Positions 1 to 10,930 of a stretch of DNA of 56,996 bases are shown piece after piece. Source of the stretch: Candidatus Tectomicrobia bacterium RIFCSPLOWO2_12_FULL_69_37 (lineage in GTDB: Bacteria > UBA8248); the NCBI GenBank assembly GCA_001790955.1, contig MGDP01000055.1, positions 1 to 56,996 of the forward strand, written 5' to 3'. Below the pieces are notes generated by a model, which searched no databases, was not told the DNA's origin, and saw only the letters and a program-made list of their open reading frames with translations. A program made the position numbers and the translations under genes. Each line of letters opens with the position of its first letter. Positions within the stretch are counted from its first letter, which is position 1.

Positions 1-191
1 TGGGCGATGCCCGCCTCGAAGGAGACCCGGGTGCGCGTCGAGTGCTTCTCGAACAGGAGCGCCAGGGTCTTCCCGGCCAGCGAGGCGGACCCGGCCTTTC
101 CGCCCTGCTTGCGGGCCTGCGCCTCTTTGAGGAGCCCGCGCGTCTGGGCGGCGGAGAGCTCGGTCCCGTCGAGATAGTCCCGCTTGCTCAT
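1..191 (-). CDS. argF: ornithine carbamoyltransferase, N-terminal fragment (gene runs off the window start)
   Basis: Hand translation from ATG 191..189 gives MSKRDYLDGTELSAAQTRGLLKEAQARKQGGKAGSASLAGKTLALLFEKHSTRTRVSFEAGIA, which contains the STRTR carbamoyl-phosphate motif. ATGA overlap with the argD stop. Not in the ORF track because it is truncated. Confidence 0.85.
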   Translation of the reverse strand, partial: MSKRDYLDGTELSAAQTRGLLKEAQARKQGGKAGSASLAGKTLALLFEKHSTRTRVSFEAGIA

Positions 192-1381
192 GCCGCCAGT
201 TCCTTCAGGGCGCCGTCGAGGAAGCCGAGCAGCCTGTCGATCATCTCCCGCTCCACCACCAGGGGGGGGATGAGGCGGATGACCTTGCCCACGGCCACGT
301 TCAGGAGGAAGCCCGCCGCGAGCCCCTTGGTCACGACGGAGGCGGCGTCGCGGTCCACCTCCATCCCGAGGATGAGGCCCTTGCCCCGCACCTGCTTGAC
401 GATGGGGTGGCGAGCGGCCAGCGCCTGGAGGCCCTTGAGGGCGTACTCCCCCATCTCGGTCACCCGGCCGAGGAAGCCCGGCGCGAGGGTGACGTCCATG
501 GCCGCGCAGCCGGCCGCCGTGGCCAGGGGGTTCCCCCCGAAGGTGGCCGCGTGATCCCCCGGCTCGAAGGCCATGGCCTTGTCGGTCGCCACCAGCGCGC
601 CGATGGCGGTCCCGCCGGCCAAGCCCTTGGCCAGGCTCATGGCGTCGGGAGTCACGCCGTAGTGCTCGTGGGCCCAGAGCTTCCCGGTGCGGCCCATCCC
701 GACCTGGACCTCGTCGAAGAGGAGGAGGAGGTTGTTCGCGTCGCAGATCTCGCGGAGCCCCTGGAGGAAGCCCCCGGGCGGGACGTTGACGCCGCCTTCG
801 CCCTGGATGGGCTCGACCAGGATGGCGCAGGTCTTCTCGTTCACGGCAGCCGAGACCGACTCCATGTCCCCGAAGGGCAGGTAGCGGAAGCCGGGTACGA
901 GGGGGTGGTAGCCCTTGTGGAACTTCGCCTGACCCGTCGCCGTCATGGCGGCGTAGGTGCGCCCGTGGAAGCTCATGTCGAAGCTGAGAATCTCGCCGCG
1001 CCCTTCCCCGTGGTGCTTGTAGGAGTACTTCCGGGCCAGCTTGATGGCCGCCTCGACCGCCTCGGTGCCGCTGTTGCAGAAGAAGGCCTTGTCCCCGAAG
1101 GAGTGCTTGGTGAGGCGCTCGGCGAGGCGGATCTGGGGCTCGATGTGGTAGAGGTTCGAGACGTGGAGGAGCTTCCCCGCCTGCTCCCGCAGCGCCGCCA
1201 CCACGGCCGGATGGCAGTGGCCCAGGTTGCACACCGCCAGCCCCGCGACGAAGTCGAGGTACTCCTTCCCGTCCGCGTCCCACACGCGGCAGCCCTGCCC
1301 GCGGACGAGGGCGATGGGATACCGTCCGTAGGTGGGGGCCACGTGCTGGGCGGCCAGGGAAACGAGCTCGGCGTTCGTCAT
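188..1381 (-). CDS. argD: acetylornithine aminotransferase (class III PLP aminotransferase)
   Basis: Internal ATG at 1381 of track ORF 188..2368. Product MTNAELVSLAAQHVAPTYGRYPIALVRGQGCRVWDADGKEYLDF... is typical ArgD. Sits between argB and argF. Confidence 0.9.
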   Translation of the reverse strand: MTNAELVSLAAQHVAPTYGRYPIALVRGQGCRVWDADGKEYLDFVAGLAVCNLGHCHPAVVAALREQAGKLLHVSNLYHIEPQIRLAERLTKHSFGDKAFFCNSGTEAVEAAIKLARKYSYKHHGEGRGEILSFDMSFHGRTYAAMTATGQAKFHKGYHPLVPGFRYLPFGDMESVSAAVNEKTCAILVEPIQGEGGVNVPPGGFLQGLREICDANNLLLLFDEVQVGMGRTGKLWAHEHYGVTPDAMSLAKGLAGGTAIGALVATDKAMAFEPGDHAATFGGNPLATAAGCAAMDVTLAPGFLGRVTEMGEYALKGLQALAARHPIVKQVRGKGLILGMEVDRDAASVVTKGLAAGFLLNVAVGKVIRLIPPLVVEREMIDRLLGFLDGALKELAA

Positions 1382-1410
1382 GGGGGTTCCTCTCTCAGGC
1401 GCGCCGCGGA

Positions 1411-2286
1411 TCAGCGGACGATCTGGGTGCCGACGCCTTGGTCCGTGAACACTTCGAGGAGAACGGCGTGAGGGACGCGGCCGTCCACGATGTGCGTCTT
1501 CGTGACGCCGGACGCCAGGGCATCCAGGCAGGCTTCGACCTTGGGGATCATCCCGCCCCGGATGATGCCCTCCTCCCGGAGGCGCTGCACGTCGGAGGAC
1601 CGCAGGGTGCTGATGAGCTTCCCCGCTTTGTCGAGGAGGCCGGGGACGTCGGTCAGGAGGATGAACTTCTCGGCGCACAGGGCTCCCGCGATGGCCCCGG
1701 CGGCCGAGTCGGCGTTGATGTTGTAGACGTTCCCGGCGTCGTCCACCCCGAGGGGGGCGATGACGGGGATGTAGTGGCCCCGGGTCAGGTGGTGGATGAT
1801 GTCGGGCTGGACCTTCGTCACCTCGCCCACGTGGCCGAGGTCGATGACCTCGTCCGTCCCCTCCGCGTTCTTGCGGCTCAGGGTGAGCTTCCGGGCCTGG
1901 GTGAGGCCGGCGTCCGAGCCCGAGAGGCCCACGGCGGCCCCGCCGTGGCGGTTGATGAGCCGGACGATGCCCTTGTTGGTCGAGCCGGAGAGCACCATCT
2001 CCACCACCCCGACCGTCTCTTCGTCCGTGACCCGGAGGCCCTCGATGAACTCGGTCGCCTTGCCGATCCGCTTGAGGAGGTCCCCGATCTGGGGCCCGCC
2101 CCCGTGGACGACCACCACGTTGATGCCCACGTACTTGAGCAGCACGACGTCCTGGGCGAAGGGGGACTGGAGAGGCTTCTCCACCTGCGCCGCTCCACCG
2201 TACTTGATCACCACGGTCTTCCCGGCGAAGCGCTGGATGTAAGGGAGCGCTTCGATCAGGGTGGCCGCCCGGTCTCTGGGGTCCAT
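1411..2286 (-). CDS. argB: acetylglutamate kinase
   Basis: Track ORF of 291 aa. [20 protein letters not shown] and [10 protein letters not shown] are amino-acid kinase motifs. arg gene context. Confidence 0.92.
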   Translation of the reverse strand: MDPRDRAATLIEALPYIQRFAGKTVVIKYGGAAQVEKPLQSPFAQDVVLLKYVGINVVVVHGGGPQIGDLLKRIGKATEFIEGLRVTDEETVGVVEMVLSGSTNKGIVRLINRHGGAAVGLSGSDAGLTQARKLTLSRKNAEGTDEVIDLGHVGEVTKVQPDIIHHLTRGHYIPVIAPLGVDDAGNVYNINADSAAGAIAGALCAEKFILLTDVPGLLDKAGKLISTLRSSDVQRLREEGIIRGGMIPKVEACLDALASGVTKTHIVDGRVPHAVLLEVFTDQGVGTQIVR

Positions 2287-2398
2287 CGGCTCTGCTCCCG
2301 CTCTGCCGGGGCGGGGGAAGTCCCACCAGCAGGGCGGGAAATATACACCGGGGGGAGGGCGGGGCCAAGGGGAGGGGAAGGGCCCGCGCAGGGCGGAT

Positions 2399-3757
2399 CT
2401 AGAGGATGTAGCGGCTGAGGTCCAGGTTCTCGACGATGCCCTGGAGCTTTTCGCGGACGTAGGCGGCGTCGATGGAAATCTCCTGCCCGGCCATGTCCGG
2501 TGCCGAGAAGGAGATGTCCTCCAGGAGGCGCTCCATGATGGTGTGGAGGCGCCGGGCGCCGATGTTCTCCGTCTGCTCGTTGATGCGGGCGGCGAAGCCC
2601 GCCACCTCGCGGACGGCGTCCTCGGTGAAGGCGACCTTCACCCCCTCCGTCGCGAGGAGGGCCGGGTACTGGCGCACGAGGGCGTTCTCGGGCTCCTGGA
2701 GGATTCGCACGAAATCTTCCCGGCCCAGGGGCTTGAGCTCCACCCGGATGGGGAAGCGGCCCTGGAGCTCGGGCAGGAGGTCCGAGGGCTTGGCCATGTG
2801 GAAGGCGCCCGCCGCGATGAAGAGGATGTGGTCCGTCCGCACCGGGCCGTACTTGGTCTGGACGGTCGATCCTTCGACGATGGGGAGCAGGTCGCGCTGC
2901 ACCCCCTCGCGGGAGACGTCGGGGCCGTGGCGGCCGCCCGAGCTGGAGGCGATCTTGTCGATCTCGTCGAGGAAGACGATGCCCGACTGCTCGGTGCGGT
3001 GGACGGCCTCGGAGTTCACCTTGTCCGGGTCGATGAGCTTGTCGGCCTCCTCCTGGGAGAGGAGCTTGAAGGCTTCCGGCACGCGCATGCGGCGCACCCG
3101 GTTCCGGGGAGGGAAGAGGCCGCCCATGATCTCCTTCAGGTTCAGCCCCATCTGCTCGAGCTCGGGGCCGCCGAGGAGGTGGACCTCGGGCCCCTTGTCA
3201 GTCACCTGCATCTCCACCTCGCGGTCGTCCAGCTTGCCTTCCAAGAGGAGAGCCCGGAACTTCTCCCGCGTCCGCTTGTAGCTTTCCTCGCCGAGGGGGT
3301 CGCGGAGCTGCCCCCGCTCGTCCACGGCGGCGAAGCCCGCCGGGCGCGGCAGGAGGAGGTCGAGGAGCCGCTCCTCGGCCAGCTCCTGGGCGCGCGCCTT
3401 ATTGGTCTCGCGCAGCTCCTCGCGGACCATGCTCCGGGCCAGCTCGATGAGGTCGCGGATGATGCTCTCCACGTCCCTCCCGACGTAGCCCACCTCGGTG
3501 AACTTGCTGGCCTCCACCTTGATGAAGGGGCTGTTGGCGAGGCGGGCGAGGCGGCGGGCGATCTCGGTCTTCCCTACCCCCGTGGGGCCGATCATGATGA
3601 TGTTCTTCGGGGCCACGTCGTCGCCGATCTCGGGGGGAAGCTGCTGGCGCCGCCAGCGGTTGCGCAGGGCGATGGCCACGGCGCGCTTCGCCTCGGCCTG
3701 TCCGATGACGTAGCGGTCGAGCTCCTCGACGATCCGGGCGGGGACGAGCTCTTCCAT
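2399..3757 (-). CDS. hslU: ATP-dependent protease ATPase subunit HslU
   Basis: 452 aa. [32 protein letters not shown] plus Walker [16 protein letters not shown]. Immediately downstream of hslV. Confidence 0.95.
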   Translation of the reverse strand: MEELVPARIVEELDRYVIGQAEAKRAVAIALRNRWRRQQLPPEIGDDVAPKNIIMIGPTGVGKTEIARRLARLANSPFIKVEASKFTEVGYVGRDVESIIRDLIELARSMVREELRETNKARAQELAEERLLDLLLPRPAGFAAVDERGQLRDPLGEESYKRTREKFRALLLEGKLDDREVEMQVTDKGPEVHLLGGPELEQMGLNLKEIMGGLFPPRNRVRRMRVPEAFKLLSQEEADKLIDPDKVNSEAVHRTEQSGIVFLDEIDKIASSSGGRHGPDVSREGVQRDLLPIVEGSTVQTKYGPVRTDHILFIAAGAFHMAKPSDLLPELQGRFPIRVELKPLGREDFVRILQEPENALVRQYPALLATEGVKVAFTEDAVREVAGFAARINEQTENIGARRLHTIMERLLEDISFSAPDMAGQEISIDAAYVREKLQGIVENLDLSRYIL

Positions 3758-4305
3758 CAGAGGGTTTCAACCGTGATCTTGTGGTTGGTGTAGATGCAGA
3801 TGTCGGCCGTGATGTCGAGGGACCTGCGCACGACCTCGGCGGCGGTGAGGTCGGGCTCCAGGCTCAGGAGCCCGCGCGCCGCCGCGGTGGCGATGGGCCC
3901 GCCGCTCCCGATGCCGAGCACGCCGTCGTCCGGCTCGATGATGTCACCGGTGCCGGAGAGGATGAGGGTGGTCTCCTGGTTGGCCACGGCGAGGAGGGCC
4001 TCCAGGCGGCGGAGAACCCGGTCCGTGCGCCAGTCCTTTCCCATCTCGACGGCCGCCCGGGCGAGGTTGCCCCGGTACTCCTCGAGCTTCCCCTCGAAGC
4101 GCTCGAAGAGCGCGATGGCGTCTGAGGCCGAGCCCGCGAAGCCGGCCAGCACCTTGCCTCCGCTCAGGCGGCGGATCTTGATCGCCCCGAGCTTCACGGC
4201 GGTCTGGCCCATGGTCACCTGGCCGTCCCCGCCCATGGCCGTCTGGCCCCGGTAGCGGACGGCGAGGATGGTGGTGGAGCGGAATTTCACGTTAGGGTCG
4301 CTCAT
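3757..4305 (-). CDS. hslV: ATP-dependent protease proteolytic subunit HslV
   Basis: 182 aa with an STTILAVRY...GGDGQVT N-terminal Thr-protease signature. 1-nt overlap with the hslU start. Confidence 0.95.
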   Translation of the reverse strand: MSDPNVKFRSTTILAVRYRGQTAMGGDGQVTMGQTAVKLGAIKIRRLSGGKVLAGFAGSASDAIALFERFEGKLEEYRGNLARAAVEMGKDWRTDRVLRRLEALLAVANQETTLILSGTGDIIEPDDGVLGIGSGGPIATAAARGLLSLEPDLTAAEVVRRSLDITADICIYTNHKITVETL

Positions 4306-5288
4306 GGGCGCTTCTCCCGCTTCCTTCCCCCTCCGCTCCCGGCCCTGGCCCGGGGATGCGAGGCGTCGTAGACGGCTCGGAGGTGATCGAAGTCCACCTG
4401 GGTGTAGCGCTGGGTAGTGGACAGGCTCGCGTGGCCCAGGAGCTCCTGGATGGACCGCAGGTCCGCCCCCATCTCCAGCAGGTGGGTCGCGGCGCTGTGG
4501 CGCAGCGCGTGCGGGGTGAAATGATAGCCGAACCCGCCCCGGGATTCATAGCCGCGCAGGATGGCCCGCGCCCGGCCCGTGGTGAGCCGCTTGCCCCGGG
4601 AGTTGCGGAAGAGGGGGCTGGCCTCCGCCTGCCTCCCTTCCGCGGGGGAGAGGGCGGGGCGGTCCGCGCAGTAGGATTCGACCGCGCGGGCGGCCTTCGC
4701 GGTCATCGGGACGATGCGCTCCTTCCTCCCCTTGCCCTTCACCCGGATGAGGCGCTCGCGCGTGTCCACGTCCCCGTCGTTCAGGGCGGCCAGCTCCCCG
4801 ACGCGGAGGCCCGAGCCGTAGAGCACTTCCAGCAGGGCCCGGTCCCGCCGGCCCTCGGGGGTGGCCGCGTCGGGCAGCTCCATCAACCGCGCGGCGTCGT
4901 CCACCGGAAGGAAGGCCGGGAGCTTGCGGGACTGCTTGGGGGAGGGGAGGTCCTCGGCCGGGTTCCCCCCCGCGAGGCCCTCCCGCCGGAGGAAGCGGAA
5001 GAAGGTGCGGAGGCTCGACAAGTGGCGGTTCACGGTGGCCGCGTCCGCTTTCCGGCGGTGCAAGTGGCCGAGGTAGGCGCGCACGGCCAGGGCGTCCACC
5101 CGGCGGGGCGTCACGGGCGCCCCCGCCCACTCCCGCAGGAAGAGGTCGAAGCCGGCCAGGTCCGAGAGGTAGGCCCGCAGGGTGTGCGCCGAGGCGTTCC
5201 GCTCATCGCGGAGGTGATCCTCGAAGCGCTTGAGCGCCTGGACCAGGCCGCCGGTCAGGCGACTTGGGGCATCATCCGCTCGATCCAT
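4302..5288 (-). CDS. xerC: tyrosine site-specific recombinase XerC/XerD family
   Basis: Internal ATG at 5288 of track ORF 4302..5900. N-terminal SAM-like domain ([16 protein letters not shown]) and C-terminal [37 protein letters not shown] catalytic box. Conserved trmFO-xerC-hslVU context. Confidence 0.88.
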   Translation of the reverse strand: MDRADDAPSRLTGGLVQALKRFEDHLRDERNASAHTLRAYLSDLAGFDLFLREWAGAPVTPRRVDALAVRAYLGHLHRRKADAATVNRHLSSLRTFFRFLRREGLAGGNPAEDLPSPKQSRKLPAFLPVDDAARLMELPDAATPEGRRDRALLEVLYGSGLRVGELAALNDGDVDTRERLIRVKGKGRKERIVPMTAKAARAVESYCADRPALSPAEGRQAEASPLFRNSRGKRLTTGRARAILRGYESRGGFGYHFTPHALRHSAATHLLEMGADLRSIQELLGHASLSTTQRYTQVDFDHLRAVYDASHPRARAGSGGGRKREKRP

Positions 5289-6589
5289 GGCTTGAGGTCC
5301 CGCAGGGCGCGCTCGACGATGTGCCGCTTGCGCTCCTTGCGCGGGACCCGCTTCTCCAGGGGCGGGAAGAGGCCGAAGTTGACGTTCATCGGCTGGAAGT
5401 TCTTGGGATCGGCCTCGACGATGTAGCGGTTGAGCGCCCCCAGCGCCGTGGTCGGGGGAGGAGGGGTGATGGGCTCCCCGCGGAGCAGCGCCGCCGCGTT
5501 CAGCCCCGCGAGGAGGCCGATGGCGGCGGACTCGAGATAGCCCTCCACCCCCGCGATCTGGCCCGCCACGAAGAGGTGCGGGTGGCGCTTGAGCTGGAGG
5601 GTGACCCGCATGAGGCGGGGGGCGTTGATGTAGGTGTTGCGGTGGAGGCTCCCGTAGCGGAGGAACCGCCCGTTCTGGAGGCTGGGGAGGGCGGCGAAGA
5701 TGCGCTTCTGCTCCGGGTAGCGGAGGCGGGTCTGGAACCCCACCATGGAGAAGAACTCCCCGGTCAGGTCCTCGCGGCGGAGCTGGACGACGGCGTGGTA
5801 GGTCTGGCCGGTCCCGGGGTGCTCGATGCCCACGGGCTTCATGGGCCCGAAGGCCAGGGTGTCGCGCCCCCGGGCGGCCATCTCCTCGATGGGCAGGCAT
5901 CCCTCGAAGTAGACGGCCTTCTCAAAGTCGCGCAAGGGGATCTTCTCCCCCTCCAGGACCATGTCGATGAAGCGGTTGTACTCCGCCTCGCTCAGGCCGA
6001 TGTTCAGGTAGTCGCCCTCGCTCTCCTCCTCCATGTCCTTCCCGTAGCGGGAGGCCTGGAAGGCCACCGATGTGTCGATGCTCTCGCCGTAGAGGATGGG
6101 GGAGATGGCGTCGTAGAAATAGAGGTACTTCCCCTGGGTCAGCCGGGCCACCTCGGCCGCGAGCGCCGGGCTGGTGAGGGGCCCGGTGGCGAGGATGGTG
6201 GGGGCGTCCTCCCCGAGGGAGGTGACCTCCTCCCGGTGGAGCCGGACGCGCGGCTCCGCCAGGGTCGCCTCGGTGACCCGGCGGCTGAATGCGGCGCGGT
6301 CCACGGCCAGGGCCGTGCCAGCGGGGACGCGGCTCGCGTCCGCCGCCTGGAGGATGAGGGAGTCGAGCCGCCGCATCTCCTCCTTGAGCAGCCCCGAGGC
6401 GTTCTCCAGCGAGTTGGAGCGCAGGGAGTTCGAGCAGACCAGCTCGGCCAGGGCGTCCGACTGGTGGGCCGGGGTGGGAACCACCGGGCGCATCTCGTAG
6501 AGGTCCACCTCGACCCCCCGCTTGGCCGCCTGCCAGGCGGCCTCGCTCCCCGCGAGGCCGCCGCCGATGACGCGCAGCCGGGCGCTCAC
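5255..6589 (-). CDS. trmFO: methylenetetrahydrofolate--tRNA-(uracil-5-)-methyltransferase TrmFO
   Basis: 444 aa, GTG start. VIGGGLAGSEAAWQAAKRG FAD fold and typical TrmFO/Gid body. GTGA overlap with the topA stop. Confidence 0.92.
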   Translation of the reverse strand: MSARLRVIGGGLAGSEAAWQAAKRGVEVDLYEMRPVVPTPAHQSDALAELVCSNSLRSNSLENASGLLKEEMRRLDSLILQAADASRVPAGTALAVDRAAFSRRVTEATLAEPRVRLHREEVTSLGEDAPTILATGPLTSPALAAEVARLTQGKYLYFYDAISPILYGESIDTSVAFQASRYGKDMEEESEGDYLNIGLSEAEYNRFIDMVLEGEKIPLRDFEKAVYFEGCLPIEEMAARGRDTLAFGPMKPVGIEHPGTGQTYHAVVQLRREDLTGEFFSMVGFQTRLRYPEQKRIFAALPSLQNGRFLRYGSLHRNTYINAPRLMRVTLQLKRHPHLFVAGQIAGVEGYLESAAIGLLAGLNAAALLRGEPITPPPPTTALGALNRYIVEADPKNFQPMNVNFGLFPPLEKRVPRKERKRHIVERALRDLKPWIERMMPQVA

Positions 6590-9111
6590 GCCGGGACCTC
6601 CTGCTCCCTCTCAAGCCCGCTGGGGCCGCCGCCCCCCAGATCGGCCAGGAGGCCGGGCGGGGCGGGCTCGGCGTGCCCGCAGGACTTGACGGGGCAGACG
6701 AGTTGGACGCCGCTCTTCTTCGTGACCTTGATCGTCATGAGGGGATGGCTGCAGTCCGGGCAGGGCCGGGCGATGGGCCGGTCCCAGGCCACGTATTTGC
6801 ACGCGGGAAAGGTGTTGCAGCCGTAGAAGGGCTTCCCCGACTTCCGGGAGCGCCGCATCACCAGCTCGCCCTCGCACCCGGGCCGGCCGCATGCCACGCC
6901 CGTGGGCACTGGGGCGGCGGCGGCCGCCCCACCGGGGAGGATCTTGCGAGTCTTGTGTTCCTTGGGGGAGGCCGAGCAGACGAGGTAGGGTCCGAACGGG
7001 CCGCGCCGGGCCTGCATGGGCGCCCCGCACTCGTCGCAGGGAGGGGCCTTCTCCTCGATGAGGGCGATCTCCCCGTCCTCCTCCGGGCTCGCGCCCTCCG
7101 CCGGGAGACTCTCGGCAAACTTGCACTCCGGGTAGGCCGAGCAGGAGATGAACCAGCCGTTCTTGCTGAAGCGCTTGACGAGGGGCTGGCCGCACGAGGG
7201 GCACGCCCGCTCGACCAGCTCGGTGTGGGTCTTGAGGTTGGGCAGGGCCTTCTTCGCCGCCTGCACGGTCTCGTCGAACTTGTCGTAGAAGGAGCGGAGG
7301 ATGGGCAGCCAGGGGGAGCTCCCCTTCTCGATGTCGTCGAGGTCGCTCTCCATCTTGGCGGTGAACTTGACGTCCATCACTTCGGGGAAGCCCTGCACGA
7401 GCAGCTTGTTCACCTCCCGGCCGAGGGAGGTGGGGGTGAACTGGCGCTTGCGCCGCTCGATGAGGACGTACTTCCGCTTCTCCAGGGTGTCCAGGATGCT
7501 GGCGTAGGTGCTGGGGCGGCCCACCCCGTCCTCCTCCAACTCCTTGACCAGGGTTGCCTCGGTGTAGCGGGGCGGCGGCTGGGTGAAGTGCTGCTCGGGC
7601 AGGACCCCGGTGGAGGCCGCCTCCGTCCCGCGCAGGCGCAGCGGGTCGCTTTCTTCGAGGGGGGGCAGCAGCCGGTCGCGCCCGTTCGCCGCGCGGCCAT
7701 TCTCCTCTTCGTTGGTTTCCTGCGGGGGATCGGAAGCTTCTTCCGTGCGGTCCTGGTAGACGTCGAGGAAGCCCGGGAACTTGAGCACCGACCCGGCCGC
7801 GCGGAGGAGGAGCTCCTCCGCCGAGATGTCCACGCTCGTCTGGTCGTAGACGGCGGGGGCCATCTGGCTGGCGATGAAGCGCCTCCAGATGAGGGTGTAG
7901 AGGGCCATCTGCTCGGGCTTGAGGCGGCTGGCGACCCGGTCCGGGTGCAGGCGGAGGTCGGTGGGCCGGATGGCCTCGTGGGCGTCCTGGGCCATCTCCC
8001 CGGTCTTGTAGACGGGGGGCTTGTCGGGGAGGTGAGCGGTGCTGAAGTTCTCCCGAATGTAGGCCCGGGCGGCGTCCACGGCTTCGGGGGCCAGGCGGAC
8101 GGAGTCGGTCCGCATGTAGGTGATGAGGCCGACAGTGCCCAGCTCGCGGCCCAGGTCCACGCCCTCGTAGAGGGTCTGGGCGATGCTCATGGTGCGCTTG
8201 GCGCTGTAGCGGAGCTTGTTGGAGCTCTCCTGCTGAAGGGTGCTCGTGATGAAGGGGGCGGGGGGACGGCGGCGGCGCTCGCGGCGCTCGACCTTGGAGA
8301 CCCGCAAGTCCGCCCGCTCGATCCGGCCGGCGAGGGCGCGCGCTTCCGCCTCCTCGGCGATCTCTGCCTCTTTGTCCCCGATCCGGTGGAGCCTGGCCTC
8401 GAAGGGGAGAGGGGCGCCTTCCTTCTGGAGGAAGGCGGTGATGGTCCAGTACTCCTTCGGCTGGAAGGCCTCGATCTGGTCCTCGCGGTCGCAGATGAGG
8501 CGCAGGGCGACGGACTGCACCCGGCCCGCGCTCAGGCCGAAGGCCACCTTGTTCCACAGAATCTCGCCCGAAAGCTTGAAGCCCACGATGCGGTCCAGCT
8601 TGCGGCGGGTTTCCTGGGCGTCCACCTTCTTCTGGTCGATTCGCCCCGGATGCTGGAGCGCCTCCTTCACGGCGCGGGAGGTGATCTCGTTGAACGAGAC
8701 GCGGTAGATGGAGTCCTCGCGGCGGCCGTCCCCGAGGATCTCCTTGACGTGCCAGGCGATGGCCTCGCCTTCGCGGTCGGGGTCGGGGGCGAGGTAGATC
8801 TCCCGGGCCGCTTTGGCGGCGCGGCGCAGCTCCTCGATGGCCTTCTTCTTGGCGGGGATCTCGCCGTAGTCGGCGCGGAAGTCGTGCCGGATGTCGATCC
8901 CCATTCGCCGCTCGCCAGTCTTCTGGAGATCGCGCACGTGACCCCTGGAGGCCATGATGGCGAACTCTGGCCCCAGGATCTTCTGGATCGTCTTCACCTT
9001 CGCCGGCGACTCGACGATGAGAAGCTTCGGCGCGGCCGCGGCTCCCGTGCTCCGGGTCTTGCGCTGGGTCATCTTGGCCCTCGGGAGGGCCTTGGTCTTG
9101 TTCTCGGTCAT
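6586..9111 (-). CDS. topA: DNA topoisomerase I (type IA) with four C-terminal C4 zinc-ribbon repeats
   Basis: 841 aa. LLIVESPAKVKTIQKILG Toprim start plus four CxxC...CxxC modules near the C-terminus. An alternative start at MTQRK is possible. Confidence 0.93.
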   Translation of the reverse strand: MTENKTKALPRAKMTQRKTRSTGAAAAPKLLIVESPAKVKTIQKILGPEFAIMASRGHVRDLQKTGERRMGIDIRHDFRADYGEIPAKKKAIEELRRAAKAAREIYLAPDPDREGEAIAWHVKEILGDGRREDSIYRVSFNEITSRAVKEALQHPGRIDQKKVDAQETRRKLDRIVGFKLSGEILWNKVAFGLSAGRVQSVALRLICDREDQIEAFQPKEYWTITAFLQKEGAPLPFEARLHRIGDKEAEIAEEAEARALAGRIERADLRVSKVERRERRRRPPAPFITSTLQQESSNKLRYSAKRTMSIAQTLYEGVDLGRELGTVGLITYMRTDSVRLAPEAVDAARAYIRENFSTAHLPDKPPVYKTGEMAQDAHEAIRPTDLRLHPDRVASRLKPEQMALYTLIWRRFIASQMAPAVYDQTSVDISAEELLLRAAGSVLKFPGFLDVYQDRTEEASDPPQETNEEENGRAANGRDRLLPPLEESDPLRLRGTEAASTGVLPEQHFTQPPPRYTEATLVKELEEDGVGRPSTYASILDTLEKRKYVLIERRKRQFTPTSLGREVNKLLVQGFPEVMDVKFTAKMESDLDDIEKGSSPWLPILRSFYDKFDETVQAAKKALPNLKTHTELVERACPSCGQPLVKRFSKNGWFISCSAYPECKFAESLPAEGASPEEDGEIALIEEKAPPCDECGAPMQARRGPFGPYLVCSASPKEHKTRKILPGGAAAAAPVPTGVACGRPGCEGELVMRRSRKSGKPFYGCNTFPACKYVAWDRPIARPCPDCSHPLMTIKVTKKSGVQLVCPVKSCGHAEPAPPGLLADLGGGGPSGLEREQEVPA

Positions 9112-9117
9112 GCTTCC

Positions 9118-9597
9118 TCAGTTCGACAGGCGGACATTGTCATCCTGGAGCATCTGTAACACGCCGGGCCTCAGTGCGTCACGGCGCTCCCGGAGAAGGA
9201 CCAGGAGCGCGACCGTCCGGACCTCGGAGAGCCCGATCTCCTCCTCGCTGAGATCGATGCACCGCTGGATGAGCTCCTCGCGGAGCCAGTCGTCGATGGC
9301 TCCGGCGTTGTAGAGACGGTGGATGATCCCCTGTGCCGCGGGGGAGAAGGCCAGGTGCTCCTCCGGGTGCAGCACGCGCACCGCCCGCCCCTTCCGGCTC
9401 TGGGCGAAGGCGTCCCCGCCCTCGCGCCGGTCCATGGGGAGTTGCTGGAGCCAGGAGAGGGCGTCGTAGATGTCTTCCTGCTGGAAGCCCCGGCTGGCAA
9501 GGAAGTTGGAGATCTCGCGCTCGTCCTGGAGGATGGAGCTTCCCTCCATCGCCTTGTCTACCAGCAGCCGCATCATGGCGAACAGTTTGTCCCGCAT
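9118..9597 (-). CDS. smg: Smg (DUF494) family protein
   Basis: Internal ATG at 9597 of track ORF 9118..9714. MRDKLFAMMRLLVDKAMEGSSILQDEREISNFLASRGFQQEDIYDALSWLQQL resembles Smg. Classic dprA-smg-topA neighbourhood. Confidence 0.8.
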   Translation of the reverse strand: MRDKLFAMMRLLVDKAMEGSSILQDEREISNFLASRGFQQEDIYDALSWLQQLPMDRREGGDAFAQSRKGRAVRVLHPEEHLAFSPAAQGIIHRLYNAGAIDDWLREELIQRCIDLSEEEIGLSEVRTVALLVLLRERRDALRPGVLQMLQDDNVRLSN

Positions 9598-9616
9598 GCG
9601 CGTACTCCCCGACGGC

Positions 9617-10774
9617 TCACGCCCTTCGGTACAGGCCCCCGCCCGTCCGCCGGACTCTCCCCCGGATCTCGAGCTGGAGGAGGGCGCCGGACACCTCTTC
9701 GGGCCGCATTCCAAGAGAGCGGCTGAGGCCCTCGATGGAATCCTCCCCCGCTCCGAGCCGGGCCAGCAGCGCGCGCTCCGCCTCCGGGAGGGAGGGGTCC
9801 TCCGCCTCCGGTGCGGCCGAATGAGATTCCGGCCGGGCCTGGGGCTGGGTGGCGGCCTGGCTCCGCACGAAGGAGGGCAGGGCGGCCAGGATGTCCTCCA
9901 CGCCCTCCACCAGCTGGGCGCCTTCTTTGATCAGGCGGTGGCAGCCGCCGCTCTTGCCCGTGTGGACCGGGCCGGGCAAGGCCATGACCTCGCGTCCCTG
10001 CTCGGCCGCCAGTCTGGCGGTGAGGAGGGCGCCGCTCCGGTGGGCGGCCTCGATGACGATGGTGGCCGCCGAGAGCCCGCTGATGACGCGGTTGCGGCGG
10101 GGAAAATTCGCCGGGTAGGGGGTGGCCTCCCACGGAAACTCCGAGATCACGGAGCCCTGGGACGCAATCTTCGCCCGCAGCTCCTGATGATCGGAGGGGT
10201 ACTGCACCCCCAGGCCGCACCCCAGGACGGCCATGGTGCGGCCGCCCGCCTCGAGGGTGCCAAGGTGGGCCTCGGCGTCGATTCCGTGGGCCATCCCGCT
10301 GACAATGGTGAAACCCTGGCCGGCGAGGGCACCGGCCAGCTCGCGGGCCATCCGGCGCCCGTACTCGCTCGGGTAGCGCGTCCCCACGAGGGAGAGGGCG
10401 GGCCCGGCCTCCAGCTTTCCCTCAACATAGAGAGCGCCGGGGGGCCCGAAGATGGGCTGGAGGAGTTCGGGGAAGGCCGCTTGGTCCCGGGTCACGATCC
10501 CGGCCCCTCGGGCCTCTGCCTCCCGCCGGAGACGAGCGGCCAGGTCGGACGGGGCCTCGCGCTGGAGGGCCTCCGCGGCCTTCGGGCCAGCAAACCGGGC
10601 GAAGTCCTCCGCCGGGGCGGCCAGGGCCTCCCGGGGGCCTCCCAGGGCCTCCAGAAGGCGGTGGAGCCGCTCGGGGGTCATGCCGGGCAGCACCTGAAGA
10701 ACCAGCCAGGCGTCCGAAATGGAGGGAGCCCCGGAATTCCAGGAGCGGCGGATTCCCTCGATTAATCCTTCCAT
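9617..10774 (-). CDS. dprA: DNA-processing protein DprA (Smf)
   Basis: 385 aa. Rossmann-like core (LVGTRYPSEYGRRMARELAGALAGQGFTIVSGMAHGIDAEAH) and a C-terminal winged-helix tail. Confidence 0.9.
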   Translation of the reverse strand: MEGLIEGIRRSWNSGAPSISDAWLVLQVLPGMTPERLHRLLEALGGPREALAAPAEDFARFAGPKAAEALQREAPSDLAARLRREAEARGAGIVTRDQAAFPELLQPIFGPPGALYVEGKLEAGPALSLVGTRYPSEYGRRMARELAGALAGQGFTIVSGMAHGIDAEAHLGTLEAGGRTMAVLGCGLGVQYPSDHQELRAKIASQGSVISEFPWEATPYPANFPRRNRVISGLSAATIVIEAAHRSGALLTARLAAEQGREVMALPGPVHTGKSGGCHRLIKEGAQLVEGVEDILAALPSFVRSQAATQPQARPESHSAAPEAEDPSLPEAERALLARLGAGEDSIEGLSRSLGMRPEEVSGALLQLEIRGRVRRTGGGLYRRA

Positions 10775-10819
10775 CCCCGTACCTCAAATAGTGTCACTCC
10801 CCCCTTTCGGGGCACTGGT

Positions 10820-10850
10820 TCCATACCACGGAGGGTGCGACCCGTGTCAA
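10820..10850 (-). promoter_or_regulatory. candidate sigma70-type promoter for the dprA-smg-topA... operon
   Basis: On the minus strand: TTGACA (10850..10845), 19-nt spacer, TATGGA (10825..10820) preceded by TGG. The spacer is long. Confidence 0.3.
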
Positions 10851-10930
10851 GGGCGCGGAATTTGAGGGAGGGGGAGGGCAAGGATTTTCGTTTTTTCGAC
10901 GCTCGACGGTCTGGAACCGATTGGCCCGTG

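Noticed and set aside
188-2368. 726-aa track ORF suggesting one large protein across argD and argB
   Set aside because: Only the C-terminal 397 aa (from ATG 1381) look like protein (ArgD). The upstream part is Arg/Pro/Gly junk read out of frame across the real argB gene (1411-2286).
4302-5288. Tyrosine recombinase as a marker of a mobile element or integrated prophage
   Set aside because: It sits in the conserved housekeeping trmFO-xerC-hslVU arrangement with overlapping start and stop codons and genome-typical composition. It is best read as the chromosome-dimer-resolution XerC/CodV.
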